Shown here: positions 10,126 through 18,449 of the stretch, one piece after another
Position numbering within the stretch: the stretch's first letter is position 1
Layout of the letters: each line of letters starts with the position of its first letter
Assembly: GCA_964594865.1 (NCBI GenBank)
Contig: CAZQMZ010000001.1
Span: 11,563 to 75,562, forward strand
Direction: 5' to 3'
DNA from: an uncultured Lachnospiraceae bacterium
Lineage (GTDB): Bacteria > Bacillota > Clostridia > Christensenellales > UBA1242
Length of the DNA: 64,000 bases
Translations under genes and position numbers: made by a program
Notes under the pieces: model-generated
The model's input: the letters and a program-made list of their open reading frames with translations, nothing else
Database searches by the model: none
What the model was told of the DNA's origin: nothing

Positions 10126-10230
10126 AATAAAACTCCCGCATAAGAAAGTATTGACAAAAATTCTGTGTTTAAACATTTGCTTTTTTTTGTTTTTTTGTTT
10201 AGAATAAATAGAAGGAGAAAGAAAAAGAAG

Positions 10231-10995
10231 ATGTTTTTGGGAGATAAAAGAAAGCCAAGCGAATATCATAGTTTGAGACTCAATTATGACATCTTGATTG
10301 ATGATGAGCGAACGACGATTCAAAAGATGATGAGCCGACTTGGATTTTACACAATCATACCGCAAGGAAGAATCAAGCAAACAGAGATTGTCTATGACAC
10401 CGAACGCAAACTTTTGACAGGTGCCGGACTTATTTTGCGCAAAAAGATTGATGTGAACAGAACTTATTTTTCGCTTGTGAGAGTGAGTTCAATCAAAGAC
10501 ATTGAATTGAGAGAAAAGACATCTTTTCTTGGCGAGTGCGAAGTCAAAGATCAGCCAAATGATTTTCCTGAGCAAATTGCAGATGAAATCAACAAAATTT
10601 TCAACAATCTTTTCACCATTAATTTGGTGGACGTGGTCAAACATTGCACGCCATATATCGGCATTGACATTGTGGCAAACAAATATAAAATTGTAAGTGG
10701 CACGGGATATGAATTGGAGATATATTTTGAAACTTTGTCTATAAAAGATTTCAGAACGGGGCGCAGAGCAAAACGAAGAAACTTTTCAATCAAGATGTTT
10801 TTGGATCCAAACTATGAGAAAGAGCGCAAACGTATTTTGGAAGTTATAGACAGATTTTGCAAAGAACTTGTCTTGTTGAAACGAAATCATTTTGAAATTG
10901 CCGAAGTTGCTGTGAGAATTCCAGAACCAAAGCCAGAAAACAAAAAAGTCGAAGGCGTCAAGAAAAAGAAGAAAAAAAATCAAGAGGAAACATGA
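10231..10995 (+). CDS. Putative CYTH-like domain protein
   Basis: VYDTERKLLTGAGLILRKK resembles the CYTH YxDT..L...g..LR motif; Lys-rich tail. Confidence 0.55.
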   Translation: MFLGDKRKPSEYHSLRLNYDILIDDERTTIQKMMSRLGFYTIIPQGRIKQTEIVYDTERKLLTGAGLILRKKIDVNRTYFSLVRVSSIKDIELREKTSFLGECEVKDQPNDFPEQIADEINKIFNNLFTINLVDVVKHCTPYIGIDIVANKYKIVSGTGYELEIYFETLSIKDFRTGRRAKRRNFSIKMFLDPNYEKERKRILEVIDRFCKELVLLKRNHFEIAEVAVRIPEPKPENKKVEGVKKKKKKNQEET

Positions 10996-11024
10996 GGATG
11001 TTTCCTTTTTTTTAAAAATGATTT

Positions 11025-11053
11025 GTCTTAAACAATTTTTGCACGCATAAAAT
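11025..11053 (+). promoter_or_regulatory. sigE-like promoter of the MFS gene (apparently leaderless)
   Basis: GTCTTAA-N14-CATAAAAT, 5 nt before GTG; same layout as the spoVB promoter. Confidence 0.5.
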
Positions 11054-11058
11054 ATAGA

Positions 11059-12561
11059 GTGAAAAAAGTTGAAAAAAGACAATTGAATTTCAAGACAAAA
11101 CTTTGTTATGGTGTGGGAAATTTGGGTTATGGCTCAATGGGGCAAACAGTTTCAAGTTTTGTTATGTTTTTCGGGACAAGCGTGCTGGGGCTTTCCGGAC
11201 TTTTGGTGGGTATAACCATTGCCATAACTTCGCTTTGGGACGGGCTTTCCGACCCGCTTGTTGGATATCTGTCCGACAGAACGCGCAGTAAATTTTTCGG
11301 CAGACGGCTTGGACATATGCTGTTTGCCAGCATAGCGCTTGCCATAAACAACATTTTGCTTTGGTGCTGTCCTGTTTCGGACAGTCAGGCGTTTATGATG
11401 TTGTGGCTGTTGTTCTTTTTGCTTATGCAGGAAACATTAAACACTTTTTTTGCTACGCCATATTCCGCACTTTGCATTGACATCGCGCCGGACTATAACG
11501 ACCAAACAAAGACGCAAGGTTTCAAGACGGTGTTTTACATTTTGGGTATGATTTTGCCAAGTATTTTGATGTATATCTTTATGGGTGGAACGATGGGCGT
11601 GCAATCGCAGTTCAAAAGGTCGGGATATATCAACATTGCCATTGTCAATTCTGTTCTTGCACTGTTGTGCGGGGTTATAACAATCATTGGAACGCGAAAG
11701 AGAGTTCGTTCAATGCCGGGATATGATGAGGCGTTGGTGGAAAAAGATCAGGAACTTGATGAAACGACCAAAGTTTCAAAAAATGCAAAAAACTCACAAA
11801 AAAATGCAAAAAAACCGCAAAAAATTGGTTTTATGAAAAAAATCTTGACAGGATATGTGGAAACATTCAAAAAACGTGATTTTCGCATTGTCATGCTGGG
11901 ATATTCAGTTTGCCTGATTGCAACAGTGTTTATTTCATCTGTTGGTATGCATCTCTTCACCTTTTGCTATCACTTTTCCAGCATACAAATTTCCATGCTG
12001 ATGATTTGTCTGTTTGGCGGGGCAATTGCGTCACAACTTTTGTGGGTTAACGTCGTGAAAAAATATGACAAAAAGCAAACTCTCATCTTTGCACTTTGCG
12101 TCATGCTGTTTGGAATTGCCATAACAAGTGTGACCTTTCTTTTCCGCCTTTACACCACACCAAACACAATTTTTTGGTTTGTTTTGCCGTGTATGTTCAT
12201 TTGTGGAATTGGTTCGGGCGCGCTCTATTCTTTGCCACATTCCATGTATGCCGATGTCATCACCATGGAGCAATATAAAACCGGGCTCAATAATGCGGGG
12301 CGATATACCGGCTATTACACTTTCACATACAATTTTTCAAACTCCATTGCACTGCTTTTCATCGGCCTGCTTTTGGACTTGGTCAAATTTGACTCATCAC
12401 AGCCCGTTCAGGCGCTGTCCGTGCAGACGGGGCTTGGACGAATTGTCTTTTTTGGAAGTGCGATTGCTCTCACTTTGGGGATCATAATTTTTTCAAAATA
12501 CGGCATCAAAAGGGCGGATGTGCTTAAAGTTCAAATAAAAGCAAACGAAGAGAAAGGTTGA
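11059..12561 (+). CDS. MFS transporter, GPH/MelB-like family
   Basis: KLCYGVG, WDGLSDPLVGYLSDRTRS..GRR, PYSAL; about 12 hydrophobic segments. Confidence 0.9.
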   Translation: MKKVEKRQLNFKTKLCYGVGNLGYGSMGQTVSSFVMFFGTSVLGLSGLLVGITIAITSLWDGLSDPLVGYLSDRTRSKFFGRRLGHMLFASIALAINNILLWCCPVSDSQAFMMLWLLFFLLMQETLNTFFATPYSALCIDIAPDYNDQTKTQGFKTVFYILGMILPSILMYIFMGGTMGVQSQFKRSGYINIAIVNSVLALLCGVITIIGTRKRVRSMPGYDEALVEKDQELDETTKVSKNAKNSQKNAKKPQKIGFMKKILTGYVETFKKRDFRIVMLGYSVCLIATVFISSVGMHLFTFCYHFSSIQISMLMICLFGGAIASQLLWVNVVKKYDKKQTLIFALCVMLFGIAITSVTFLFRLYTTPNTIFWFVLPCMFICGIGSGALYSLPHSMYADVITMEQYKTGLNNAGRYTGYYTFTYNFSNSIALLFIGLLLDLVKFDSSQPVQALSVQTGLGRIVFFGSAIALTLGIIIFSKYGIKRADVLKVQIKANEEKG

Positions 12562-12598
12562 AAAGAATAAATCAATCAGTTTTTCACACAATAAAGAC

Positions 12599-13099
12599 AT
12601 GAAAAAGCTGAAAGTTTTGTTTGTTTTGGTTTGCATTTTTTCCACATTAGCGCTTGCGGGGTGCGGAGATGTGGAGTTGGAGTCCGCAACCATAACCCGC
12701 GATGACGCTCGCACGGGCGGGAGTTTGAGTTTTGTCTATGATTCTCAAGAGCGCACTGTTCACATAGGCGGAGAAGGCGAAGTTGTGCAGTTTTCCAGCG
12801 CAGACGAAAGCAAGGGAACAACTGCGGGCTGTCGTGTGGGCTTGAAGGTGACTGCACCAGATGAGAGTTTGGATCTTTCAACCGCCACGCTGGAAATGAA
12901 TGGTGTCAAATATGCTTCTGGTGATTTCTTGGAAACAGTGGACGATCAGAAACAACCCTTTTTCAACATATATCCGCTTGTAAGCGAAGAAAACAATCAA
13001 GTAAAGTTTTCTATCAAATGGGCGGAGGGGACGGCAAAACAAGAATATAAAATCATTGTCGTGGAAGGAACAGAGTTTGCAACCGAAGAGATTGAGTGA
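12599..13099 (+). CDS. Hypothetical lipoprotein
   Basis: Signal peptide with LAGC lipobox; acidic mature part. Confidence 0.8.
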   Translation: MKKLKVLFVLVCIFSTLALAGCGDVELESATITRDDARTGGSLSFVYDSQERTVHIGGEGEVVQFSSADESKGTTAGCRVGLKVTAPDESLDLSTATLEMNGVKYASGDFLETVDDQKQPFFNIYPLVSEENNQVKFSIKWAEGTAKQEYKIIVVEGTEFATEEIE

Positions 13100-13220
13100 T
13101 GAACCCATGTTTTGAAACGCCAAAACAACATAAATCTAGCTGGGAACAATCTCATGAACAATAGCAAGATGACATATGGCACACTGTCAATAAGCAAAAA
13201 CATCGCAAAAAATAAAACAA

Positions 13221-13248
13221 AAAAACATCGCAATATGCGATGTTTTTC
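13221..13248 (-). terminator. Terminator of pilin copy 1 (near-identical copy at ~13864-13891)
   Basis: aaaaacatcgca-ata-tgcgatgttttt. Confidence 0.75.
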
Positions 13249-13266
13249 AAATTATTGAAGTTTGAA

Positions 13267-13668
13267 TTAGGCAAGTAAACATTTCACTGTGTTGACAACT
13301 GTTGAAATTGAAGTAGGGATGGTGTAGTCATCAGGATCTCCAACAATTGCTGAAATAATCATAGGAATGAATGTGTTGAACACAACAATCAAAACAATGA
13401 CAACAACAACCGAAACGACGATGTTCACCAATCGCTTTTTGTTTTCTTCACGTGCTTCAGCAGAATCTGCTCTTGCCATTTTGATGCCAACATAAACCGC
13501 ATAGATTGCACCAGCAGTTCCAGCAAGCGCCAAAACAACCCACAAAACCTGTGAAAGAACATTAAGCAAATCGCCAAGCCATCCGCTGACCCAAGTGACA
13601 CCATTTTCCTCTAATTCATCAACAAGCCCAGACCAAGATGATGCACCCAACATACTTATAAAATTCAT
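13267..13668 (-). CDS. TrbC/VirB2-like pilin, copy 1
   Basis: Two TM helices around GIKMARADSAEAREENKKRL, typical of T4SS-pilin-like proteins; GGAGGG RBS. Confidence 0.75.
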   Translation of the reverse strand: MNFISMLGASSWSGLVDELEENGVTWVSGWLGDLLNVLSQVLWVVLALAGTAGAIYAVYVGIKMARADSAEAREENKKRLVNIVVSVVVVIVLIVVFNTFIPMIISAIVGDPDDYTIPTSISTVVNTVKCLLA

Positions 13669-13910
13669 AACTCCCTCCAATAACTAAATTATTATTTTCA
13701 AAATTAAGAGTATTTTTTATAATTGATTACATCTAAATGATATCACATTAAAAAAATATTTCCAAACGATTTTACAGAAAAAATAAATTATTTTTTTATT
13801 TTCTTTTTTTTTGTTTTATTCGACCAAAATATCAGTTGAAAAAATATTTCATAAACAGCAACAAAAAAACATCGCAATGTGCGATGTTTTTCAAATTATT
13901 GAAGTTTGAA

Positions 13911-14300
13911 TTATGCAAGCAAACATTTCACTGTGTTGACAACTGTGTTGGTGGTAGCATCTGCTGTGTCACCATTTACAACTGCTGAAATAATCATAGG
14001 AACGAATGTGTTGAACGCAACAATCAAAACAATGACAACAACAACCGAAACGACGATGTTCACCAATCGCTTTTTGTTTTCTTCACGTGCTTCAGCAGAA
14101 TCTGCTCTTGCCATTTTGATGCCAACATAAACCGCATAGATTGCACCAGCAGTTCCAGCAAGCGCCAAAACAACCCACAAAACCTGTGAAAGAACATTAA
14201 GCAAACTGCCAAGCCATCCGCTGACCCAAGTTATATTCGCGTTTTCTATAAGTTCACTCCATGAAGAAGCAAGAGCACCCAACATACTAACCATTTTCAT
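13911..14300 (-). CDS. TrbC/VirB2-like pilin, copy 2
   Basis: Same core as copy 1 with different N- and C-flanks; GGAGG RBS. Confidence 0.75.
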   Translation of the reverse strand: MKMVSMLGALASSWSELIENANITWVSGWLGSLLNVLSQVLWVVLALAGTAGAIYAVYVGIKMARADSAEAREENKKRLVNIVVSVVVVIVLIVAFNTFVPMIISAVVNGDTADATTNTVVNTVKCLLA

Positions 14301-14565
14301 AATTTCCTCCAATAATTAAATTTTGCTTTAAATTATTGTCTTCAAACGTGATAAGAATATTCTTATCAAATTGATTACATTAAAATGATATCATGTTAAA
14401 AAAATATTTCCAAACGATTTTACAAAAAAAATTAAAAAAATTTAAAATATTTTTCTTTTCCATTTTTTTCGTATTTTTTCGACAATGTTTCAGAGATTTT
14501 TTCTTACGTAAATTTCAGTAAGAAGAATTTTTTGTGAAAAATATATTTAAAAATTCATTTTTTAT

Positions 14566-15375
14566 TTATTTTTTTTGAAAAAAATTCATTTTTAAATTTT
14601 TTGTGTGATTTTTTGGCATAATTTTTGGACGGACATATTCTCTTGCAATTCCACAAACATAGACATTGTTGACTTTTGGATAAATCAGTCCGGCGCAATA
14701 TCCCACCGTGGCACATGTTGTCAAGATATCGTCAACAATAAGAACGTTTTGATTACGATTTAGTTTGACTTTCTTCAAGACATACATTCCAACCACATTG
14801 GCCAACCTTGTTTTGTAGGTGGAAGACTTTTGCGTCGAGTCCTTAACTTTGCTGAACATGGAAAGCACAGGCAAGTTCAACAGTTTGCCGATTTCTTCAG
14901 CCAGCAGTTTGGATTGGTTGAAAGTGCGTGACTTTTCTTTCTTCTTTGTCATTGGGATGAAGGTGATGACATCAAGTGCGGGGATGTCAGTGCGCATATA
15001 TTCCACAATCATCCGCGCAAATGCTTTGGCACGAAAACGCTGATTGCTTTCTTTGAAACTCAAAATTGAACTCTTGACAGCCCCTTCATATATGAAAGGG
15101 CAATAAGCGCGCTTGAAATTCCGTTTGTGTGTTTGACAAATGTCGCAGATGTTTGCTTCGTTTCCGATTGGTTGGTCGCAAATCATACATCTGTGTTTGT
15201 TGTTGAAAGGCAAAGTCTTTTCACAATCTTTGCAGAAGGGTTTTTCATAGAAATGAGTGATGTCGCATCCGCAAAACACACATCTGATGTCGTCGGGGAA
15301 TAATAAATATTCAAGACGCAATTTCATCTTTTGGAAAAACTTGTTTATTTTCAATTTTTCTTTTGTGGAACTCAT
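14566..15375 (-). CDS. comF: ComF family protein (zinc ribbon plus PRTase fold)
   Basis: CVFC, CKDC, CMIC, CDIC; RTFNQS; VLIVDDILTT. Confidence 0.9.
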   Translation of the reverse strand: MSSTKEKLKINKFFQKMKLRLEYLLFPDDIRCVFCGCDITHFYEKPFCKDCEKTLPFNNKHRCMICDQPIGNEANICDICQTHKRNFKRAYCPFIYEGAVKSSILSFKESNQRFRAKAFARMIVEYMRTDIPALDVITFIPMTKKKEKSRTFNQSKLLAEEIGKLLNLPVLSMFSKVKDSTQKSSTYKTRLANVVGMYVLKKVKLNRNQNVLIVDDILTTCATVGYCAGLIYPKVNNVYVCGIAREYVRPKIMPKNHTKNLKMNFFQKK

Positions 15376-15462
15376 AATCTTATTATAACATCTCTTTAAA
15401 TTAAAAAAAACTCTTTTCGAGTTTTTTTGGAGAGATTTACAAATGAATTATTGGAATAAATG

Positions 15463-15537
15463 TGGTGACCCCGACGGGATTCGAACCCATGATACCGCCG
15501 TGAAAGGGCGGTGTCTTAACCACTTGACCACGGGGCC
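15463..15537 (-). tRNA. tRNA-Glu (anticodon TTC)
   Basis: GGCCCCGTGGTCAAGTGGTTAAGACACCGCCCTTTCACGGCGGT...GGTTCGAATCCCGTCGGGGTCACCA; cloverleaf with encoded CCA. Confidence 0.97.
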
Positions 15538-15629
15538 ACATTGACTTTGCTATTATAATACACAAAAAATCGCAAAGTCAAGTGTTTTTTCGAAAAATCT
15601 TTCGAAAAAGTTGTTATTTTGAAAATTTT

Positions 15630-16988
15630 TTATCTTTTTGCAATTTCATAGCCGTCTTTGGTGTCCTTGATTTCATAGCCCAAATCTAAAATTTCGTTTC
15701 GCAGTGCGTCTGCGGTGGCAAAGTCGCGGTTTTTCTTGGCGTTCCAGCGTTGTTCTGCCTTTTCTTTGATGTTTTCTGGAATGATGTCGTCTTCTTCAAA
15801 ATTCAATCCAAGCACATCGTTGAATTTCATGAGACAAACATAGACATCTTGACTTCGGCTTTCTTTCAACATCTTTTGCACGCAGGCGATTGCTTTTGGC
15901 ATGTTTAAATCGTCATTTATGGCGTCCAAAAATTCTTCTTCATATTCGCGCGTTTCCACTTTTGCTGTGCCGTTTTTGTGTTCTTTTGCAAGGTTTTTGA
16001 TGTTTTTTAGTGTGTTTTTTGCGCTTTCAAGTGCTTCAAAAGTGAAATTTTGTTGTTTGGAATAGTGTGCCATGAAATAGAAATATCGAAAATCTTCCGC
16101 CGAAAATCCGCGTTCAGACAGGTCGGCAAGGCGGTATATGTTGTTCAAACTCTTGCTCATCTTTCCGCCATCAATCTGCAAAAATTCAAGATGCATCCAC
16201 ATCTTCACCACTTGATGACCATATCGGCAGTTGCTTTGCGCAATCTCGTTTTCGTGGTGCACAGGTTTGTGATCGACTCCGCCTGTGTGGATGTCGATTG
16301 TTTCGCCCAAAAATTTGTCGCCAATCACAGAGCACTCGATGTGCCAGCCCGGATAGCCCATTCCCCATGGACTTTCCCACTGCATGATATGCTCTTTTGG
16401 TGCTTTGACCCACAGCACAAAATCATATGGACTGTGTTTCTCTTCGTCGACATCAATGCGTGCGCCAGCAAGTTTTTCATTTATGTCCATGCCGGAAAGT
16501 TTGCCATATTCTGGAAATTTTTCGATGTCAAAATATATGCCTTTGCTGGTTTCGTAGGCATAACCCTTGTCAATCAAGGCTTGCACAAAGGCAATCATTT
16601 CTGGAATGACGCTTGTGGCAGGCACAATATGTTCTGGAAGGTCAATGTTCAGAAGGCGGGCGTCGTGCATGAAAACTTCTGTATAGAATTTTGCAATTTC
16701 CCATGGTGATTTGTTTTCGCGAGCGCTGGCAACAAGCATTTTGTCTTCGCCTTCATCGGCGTCGGATGTGAGATGTCCAACATCAGTTATATTCATCACT
16801 CCGTCAATTTTGTAGCCGTTATATTTCAGCACTCGGCGGATGTTATCCATGAAAAGATAGGCACGAAAATTGCCAATGTGTGGATAATAATAGACAGTCG
16901 GCCCACAAGAATACATTTTGACCACTTTGCCGTCATGGCAAGAGATTTCTTCTTTGCTTCTTGTGAGAGAATTATAAAATTTAATCAT
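15630..16988 (-). CDS. cysS: Cysteine--tRNA ligase
   Basis: MYSCGPTVY, HIGN, PGWHIECS, KMSKS. Confidence 0.98.
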   Translation of the reverse strand: MIKFYNSLTRSKEEISCHDGKVVKMYSCGPTVYYYPHIGNFRAYLFMDNIRRVLKYNGYKIDGVMNITDVGHLTSDADEGEDKMLVASARENKSPWEIAKFYTEVFMHDARLLNIDLPEHIVPATSVIPEMIAFVQALIDKGYAYETSKGIYFDIEKFPEYGKLSGMDINEKLAGARIDVDEEKHSPYDFVLWVKAPKEHIMQWESPWGMGYPGWHIECSVIGDKFLGETIDIHTGGVDHKPVHHENEIAQSNCRYGHQVVKMWMHLEFLQIDGGKMSKSLNNIYRLADLSERGFSAEDFRYFYFMAHYSKQQNFTFEALESAKNTLKNIKNLAKEHKNGTAKVETREYEEEFLDAINDDLNMPKAIACVQKMLKESRSQDVYVCLMKFNDVLGLNFEEDDIIPENIKEKAEQRWNAKKNRDFATADALRNEILDLGYEIKDTKDGYEIAKR

Positions 16989-17011
16989 ATAAATGTCTCC
17001 AATTAAGGATT

Positions 17012-17395
17012 TCAAATTTTTCTATTTAAATAGATTGAAAGTGTTTCCAAGGCTTCTTCCACTTTTGGGGGACATTGGTTGAAATATGCGTCCAATTTGT
17101 CGAAAAATTCTTTCAAAACAATTTTTCCTGTTTCTGTGAGAGTCATAAGGCGACATCGCTTGTCAATCTCTCCTTGTTTTGAATGAATCAGTCCTTCACG
17201 TTCAAGTTCTTTTGTCATAAGTGCGAAATTGGACTTTTTTATGCCAAGTTTTTCAATAATCATGCTGACAGAAAGGTTTTCGTATTGAGAGATGAAATAA
17301 AGAACCTTGATTTTCAACAGGTTGTTTTTTGCAAAATGCTTTGTCAAGTTTTCTGTCAGTGCTTCAATTTCTAAGATCTTGTCAACGTTTTTCAT
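17012..17395 (-). CDS. MarR family transcriptional regulator
   Basis: Winged HTH with LEREGLI, DKR..L..LTETG. Confidence 0.85.
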   Translation of the reverse strand: MKNVDKILEIEALTENLTKHFAKNNLLKIKVLYFISQYENLSVSMIIEKLGIKKSNFALMTKELEREGLIHSKQGEIDKRCRLMTLTETGKIVLKEFFDKLDAYFNQCPPKVEEALETLSIYLNRKI

Positions 17396-17464
17396 ACATA
17401 TATAATTATATAGAATGAAAAAGAATTTTGCAACCTTTTTGAACAAAAAGTTATGAAAATATTT

Positions 17465-17782
17465 CTATTTCTTTTTCAAAATAACACAAAGTGAGTCAAT
17501 TTCTTCTTTCGACATATCCTTTGTCAAATTCAACAAGGTCTTGTCTTTTTCAAAATTTTCCAGATCTGGATAGAAAAATTCGTAAGTCGAAACTTCCAAC
17601 AAATCCAGAATCTCCAGTAAATTTTCAACAGAAAGGTTGATTTCTCCGCTTTCCACTCTGTAAAAATAGTTCTTTGAATGTCCCAAAGCCTTTCCGACCT
17701 TATATGCTGACATTCCTTTTTTATTCCTGAAATATCCAATTCTGTTTATTATCTCTTCACGAGTTAAATTTTCCTTGCTCAT
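17465..17782 (-). CDS. XRE family HTH regulator
   Basis: RIGYFRNKKGMS...LG.SKNY...VESG...S. Confidence 0.88.
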   Translation of the reverse strand: MSKENLTREEIINRIGYFRNKKGMSAYKVGKALGHSKNYFYRVESGEINLSVENLLEILDLLEVSTYEFFYPDLENFEKDKTLLNLTKDMSKEEIDSLCVILKKK

Positions 17783-17944
17783 TGTTCTCTCCTTGAAGAA
17801 ATTTTATCAAATTTAAAAAATCGAATATTGACCTATCTTGTTTATTTTTTACACATTTTTGACATAATCACTTGAAAATATTTACGTATTTTGTTATACT
17901 AGTTGAAAATATATACATAATAAGTATATTCGATTGGAGATTGC

Positions 17945-18400
17945 ATGAAGATCATATCATTCTTTGGACATAGTGATTGTGAATGCCAAATGGAGCTTAG
18001 AGAAAAAATTAAAGAGATTTTGCAAGATTGTATTTCACATCACGGAGCAGAGATATTTTATTTTGGTGGATTTGGAGCCTTTGACAATCTCTGTTGGGAA
18101 ATTGTCACAGAATTGAAAAACAACAAATATCCAAAGATAAAAAGAGTTTTCTGTGTTCCGATTTACAAATGGCTTCGACGACCACCAAAGTGGTTGAATG
18201 TGGGTGGATATGAAGACTTGATTTATCTTGATTTGACTTTTGATTATTGGTATACAAGTTTATATTTTCGTAACTGCGCGATGATTGGCAAGAGTGATTT
18301 TGTCATTTTCTATGTCATGAAAGACAAAAGAAACAGCGGTTCGTTCAAAGCGTTGCAATATGCAAAGAAAAAAAAGAAGAATTATATAAATTTGCTTTAA
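17945..18400 (+). CDS. Hypothetical protein, SLOG/DUF1273-like
   Basis: SFFGHS, FYFGGFGAFD, RN..MI..SD.VI.Y, GS...L.YA. Confidence 0.65.
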   Translation: MKIISFFGHSDCECQMELREKIKEILQDCISHHGAEIFYFGGFGAFDNLCWEIVTELKNNKYPKIKRVFCVPIYKWLRRPPKWLNVGGYEDLIYLDLTFDYWYTSLYFRNCAMIGKSDFVIFYVMKDKRNSGSFKALQYAKKKKKNYINLL

Positions 18401-18449
18401 ACTTATTTTACTTGATTTTTGTTGAGAAAAATTTTAAAATATATTTACT

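Larger units (their letters stand above)
13218..14430. repeat. Tandem duplication (~640-bp period) of a promoter-pilin-terminator unit
   Basis: 13383-13570 identical to 14018-14205; terminators and promoter regions also near-identical. Confidence 0.93.

Noticed and set aside
9520-10380. Long N-terminal extensions in the ORF track (rbr, arsR, SPase I, CYTH, vanW, glmU, marR, giant gene)
   Set aside because: Extensions overlap neighbours or promoters; downstream starts have an RBS or promoter support
12997-13233. 78-aa hydrophobic minus-strand ORF downstream of pilin 1
   Set aside because: Starts inside the terminator hairpin, has no RBS and overlaps the lipoprotein gene
13383-14205. Pilin repeat as a DGR template/variable pair or a CRISPR-like array
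   Set aside because: No reverse transcriptase or cas gene; differences are block indels rather than adenine-specific; only two full gene copies
2760-14484. Scattered TGTCGAA/TTCGACA heptamers as Spo0A boxes (2760, 7275, 14478)
   Set aside because: Single 7-mers are expected by chance; no supporting context
13218-15537. Pilin cassette as an ICE or prophage integrated at tRNA-Glu
   Set aside because: No integrase and no duplicated tRNA 3' end seen; the core gene comF lies between them
16989-17011. T-box leader for cysS
   Set aside because: Only 23 nt separate marR and cysS; no T-box motif
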